Shown: piece by piece, positions 62,301 to 64,000 of the stretch
Layout of the letters: each line of letters opens with the position of its first letter
Numbering within the stretch: position 1 is the first letter of the stretch
Assembly (NCBI GenBank): GCA_963740085.1
Contig: CAVUCU010000001.1
Coordinates: 896,001 to 960,000, forward strand
DNA: 64,000 nucleotides
From: Nitrospirota bacterium
GTDB taxonomy: Bacteria > Nitrospirota > UBA9217
Direction: 5' to 3'
Made by a program: the position numbers and the translations under genes
The notes under the pieces: model-generated
What the model was told of the DNA's origin: nothing
The model's database searches: none
The model's input: only the letters and a program-made list of their open reading frames with translations

Positions 62301-62455
62301 TCGGTGAACACGATCACCTGGACATCGGAAAGATCGGGGATCGCGTCGAGCGGCGTATGGTAGACTGCCCAGATCCCCCAGAGCGTGAGGAAACCCACGA
62401 AGAGGAACACCAGGAACTTATTTCGCGCTGAGAGCTCTATGATCTTGGCTAACAT
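59333..62455 (-). CDS. cusA: CusA/CzcA family heavy-metal RND permease
   Basis: PLDAIPDLSDVQV, GPDATGVG, IAIGAMVDA, GSEFMP, DPAPLEM, RIRPKIMT. Confidence 0.93.
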   Translation of the reverse strand: MLAKIIELSARNKFLVFLFVGFLTLWGIWAVYHTPLDAIPDLSDVQVIVFTDWPGRSPDLVEDQITYPIVSTLLAAPKVRAVRGKSFLGLSFVYAIFEDGTDIYWARSRVLEYLQGVSGKLPAGVTPLLGPDATGVGWGFEYALVDETGKHDLAQLRSLQDWTLKYALESVPGVSEVASVGGFVKQYQITVDPNRLLAYNLPLMKVMEAVRRSNSDVEGRVVEWSGREYMVRGRGYIKDKTDIEKIAVGTDGKGTPVLLRDIGTVQLGPEIRRGLSDFDGKGETVGGIVVVRFGENVLAVVERVKEKIKEIKPSLPEGVKIVTTYDRSELIHRSVDTLRDEVIKLGIAVSVVCIIFLFHLPSALVVILTLPIAILISFICMYYLGISSNIMSLSGIAIAIGAMVDASIIMVENAHKKLEDWEAAGRPGSRVDVIIDAAKEVGPSLFFSLLVITVGFLPVFTLEAQAGRLFKPLAYTKTFSMLFASFLAITLTPVLMTLFIKGKIRHEDANPISHVLRKVYQPVAEFALRFRWIVIIIAVIIVGVTIIPFTKLGSEFMPPLYEGTLFYMPSGLPGASITTVGQLLQLQDRILMQFPEVESVFGKAGRAETPTDPAPLEMFETIVNLKPEKEWRPQFRKWEDLRDELDNALQIPGVANTWTMPIIGRIDMLSTGIRTPLGIKVFGPRLDEIERIGFDVERTLKEVPGTRSAYAERANTGYFLDFTINRDAIARFGLTIEDVQEVIQSAIGGMNLTTTVEGRERYPVNIRYGRELRDDIEKLQRVLVPAMGGAQVPLGQLADIQVKRGPGMIQSEGGMLTAAVTLSISGSDFGGYVEKAKKAIAEYVKVPAGYRLQWSGQYEYMENVKAKLFYVIPLTLLIIIVLIYMNTESWTKTAIVLLAVPFSLVGTVWLLYFLGYHLSTAVWVGVIALAGLDAETGIVMLLYLDLAYNKWKGDGKIHSLRDIEDAVMEGAVKRIRPKIMTVSVILAGLVPIMFSNGTGADVMKRIAAPMVGGVITSTILELIIYPAIYVIWKERELKRT

Positions 62456-62465
62456 GAATAACCCC

Positions 62466-62537
62466 AGTTCATAGTTCAGAGTTCAGAGTTCAGGTTCAGA
62501 ATCTAACCTTGAACTTTGAACGTTGAACATTTAACTT
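62466..62537. repeat. 7-bp tandem repeat hairpin (GTTCAGA-type)
   Basis: AGTTCAT-AGTTCAG-AGTTCAG-AGTTCAG vs TTGAACT-TTGAACG-TTGAACA. Confidence 0.65.
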
Positions 62538-62544
62538 TTAAAAC

Positions 62545-63771
62545 CTACTGCCCGAACTGCAGCTGGCTCTCCGAGTCGATCAGGAAGTTGCCCGAGGTCA
62601 CCACCCGCTCGCCCTTTTTGATTCCCTTGAGGACCTCAACCTCGTTCTCGCCGCGCAGTCCGAGGTTGACCTCGCGCATCTCGAAGACACCCGGTTCTTT
62701 TTCCACGTAGACAATCTGACGCGTACCCGAATTCAGCACCGCGCTCCGGGGGATGACGAGTCTGGCGCCGGACGAGGTCATGATCTCGACATTCACATAC
62801 ATGTCCGGTTTGAGAACAAGCCCGGGATTCTTCATCGCGATCCGTACTTTGACCGTTCGTGTCATGGGGTCGAGCACCGGGTTGATAAAGCTCACCGCTG
62901 CGTGCATCACCTTGCCCGAAGAGTACGGCAGGGTCACCCGCGCCTGCTGACCGACCTTCACGAGCGGGACCTCATATTCATAAACATCCGCGAATATCCA
63001 GACCGCGGAAAGGTCCGCGATCTTGAACAGATTCATTCCCGGAGTGATATAGGCGCCGTCGAGCACCATCTTTTCGAGCACAATGCCGTCAAGCGGGGCA
63101 TCGATGGTCATATCCGTCTTCGTTTTTCCTGTCTTCTCGAGCGCCGCGATCTGCTCCTCGGTGATGTCCCACAGGAACAGCCTGCGCTTCGCTGCATCGA
63201 TCAACGATTGCTGCGATGCCTGGACCTCTGCAATGCCTCCTGAAGCCGTGGTCCGCGACCGCAGGGCCAGCAAATACTCCTCCTGGGCAGTGACCAGGTC
63301 GGGGCTGTAGATCGAAAGGAGCGGCTGGCCCTTGACAACCCGGTCTCCGGTAAAGTTCACAAATAATTTTTTTACCCATCCGGCTATTTTTGTGTTCACG
63401 AACGCGAGGCGGGTCTCGTCGACCTCCACCTTTCCGACGGTCCGGATCTGCCTGTCCAGCGTGCGAAACACCGCCGCTGAGGTACGCACCCCGATCAGCT
63501 GACGTTTTTCGTCGGAAAGGGTAATGGTTGGAGCTTCCGTTTCCGGCTCTGATGCCGGGGTAGTCTGCGCTTGTGTCGCCGTTGCCGCACTTTGCGTCTC
63601 TGTCCCGCGTGACAACTGGTCCTGGGCCAGTGCCGTCGTCCCGAAAGCGGTCAGCAGCATCAGGACCATGGCACAGGGTAACTTGTGGATAAATATCAAA
63701 CGTCCCACAGACCTCGGCCTTTCACTTTTCACTTTCCATTTTTCGCTTTTCAATCTCCAATTATTTCCCAT
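62545..63771 (-). CDS. CusB-like RND periplasmic adaptor
   Basis: QLIGV, IYSPDLVTAQEEYL, IADLS.VW, TRTVKVR, LKPDMY, GNFLIDSES. Confidence 0.92.
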   Translation of the reverse strand: MGNNWRLKSEKWKVKSERPRSVGRLIFIHKLPCAMVLMLLTAFGTTALAQDQLSRGTETQSAATATQAQTTPASEPETEAPTITLSDEKRQLIGVRTSAAVFRTLDRQIRTVGKVEVDETRLAFVNTKIAGWVKKLFVNFTGDRVVKGQPLLSIYSPDLVTAQEEYLLALRSRTTASGGIAEVQASQQSLIDAAKRRLFLWDITEEQIAALEKTGKTKTDMTIDAPLDGIVLEKMVLDGAYITPGMNLFKIADLSAVWIFADVYEYEVPLVKVGQQARVTLPYSSGKVMHAAVSFINPVLDPMTRTVKVRIAMKNPGLVLKPDMYVNVEIMTSSGARLVIPRSAVLNSGTRQIVYVEKEPGVFEMREVNLGLRGENEVEVLKGIKKGERVVTSGNFLIDSESQLQFGQ

Positions 63772-64000
63772 ACTGTTCCTCCCCCGTCATTTCGCCGATC
63801 ATGGAAAGGGTCTTGTGCAGTTTCGTCAGCTCTTCCTCTTCCATCAACTGATATTTGAGCAGAAGGCTGTTGCTGTCCAAGAGGCTAAAAATATCGGTCT
63901 TGCCAACCCGGTAGTTCGCGGTGGTGGACTGGAGCGCCTGGCTCGCCTCCGGTATAATGCCCGTTTCGTAAAGTTGAAGATGGTGCTCAGAGGTCTTTAC
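63761..64000 (-). CDS. TolC family outer membrane efflux protein, 3' end only
   Basis: LYETGIIPEASQALQSTTANYRVGKTDIFSLLD; stop overlaps the adaptor start. Confidence 0.8.
   Translation of the reverse strand, partial: VKTSEHHLQLYETGIIPEASQALQSTTANYRVGKTDIFSLLDSNSLLLKYQLMEEEELTKLHKTLSMIGEMTGEEQYGK

Overview
Bacterial chromosomal window; gene content and style suggest a Nitrospirota/Desulfobacterota-like organism (inference only). Left arm (1-8.3 kb): NosL/FtsX-type ABC cluster, a HigBA-like pair, a periplasmic protein, katG and a PerR-like regulator. From 8.6 to 30.7 kb there is a stack of integrated elements at the 3' end of tRNA-Glu(TTC), with att copies at 8721, 15812 and 30630. Element B carries xis/int, TA modules, a sigma-like orphan and a 5'-truncated SNF2 helicase with 17 x 15-aa Cys/Ser repeats. 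Element A lacks an integrase and carries Fic, a complete Wadjet jetABCD, AbiEi/AbiEii, a decayed vapBC, a SWIM-SNF2 helicase and IS remnants. A third element survives only as an integrase tail. Core region (30.6-64 kb): tRNA-Glu, tRNA-Lys, purA, serA, class V aminotransferase, a DUF1573-like probable selenoprotein (in-frame TGA plus SECIS-like hairpin), an MshEN protein, ttcA, a desulforedoxin-like/histone-H1-like fusion, frameshifted nrdJ with NrdR boxes, UPF0182, PEP synthase regulatory protein, USP, atypical kinase, scpA-HEAT-scpB-flhG-like-DnaJ/HTH cluster, degenerate HD-GYP, an unannotated Arg-rich microprotein, GGDEF-EAL, cupin and a CusCBA-type efflux operon. Two families of intergenic repeats recur. 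No CRISPR array or rRNA was seen. All family calls come from reading motifs by eye; no database search was run.
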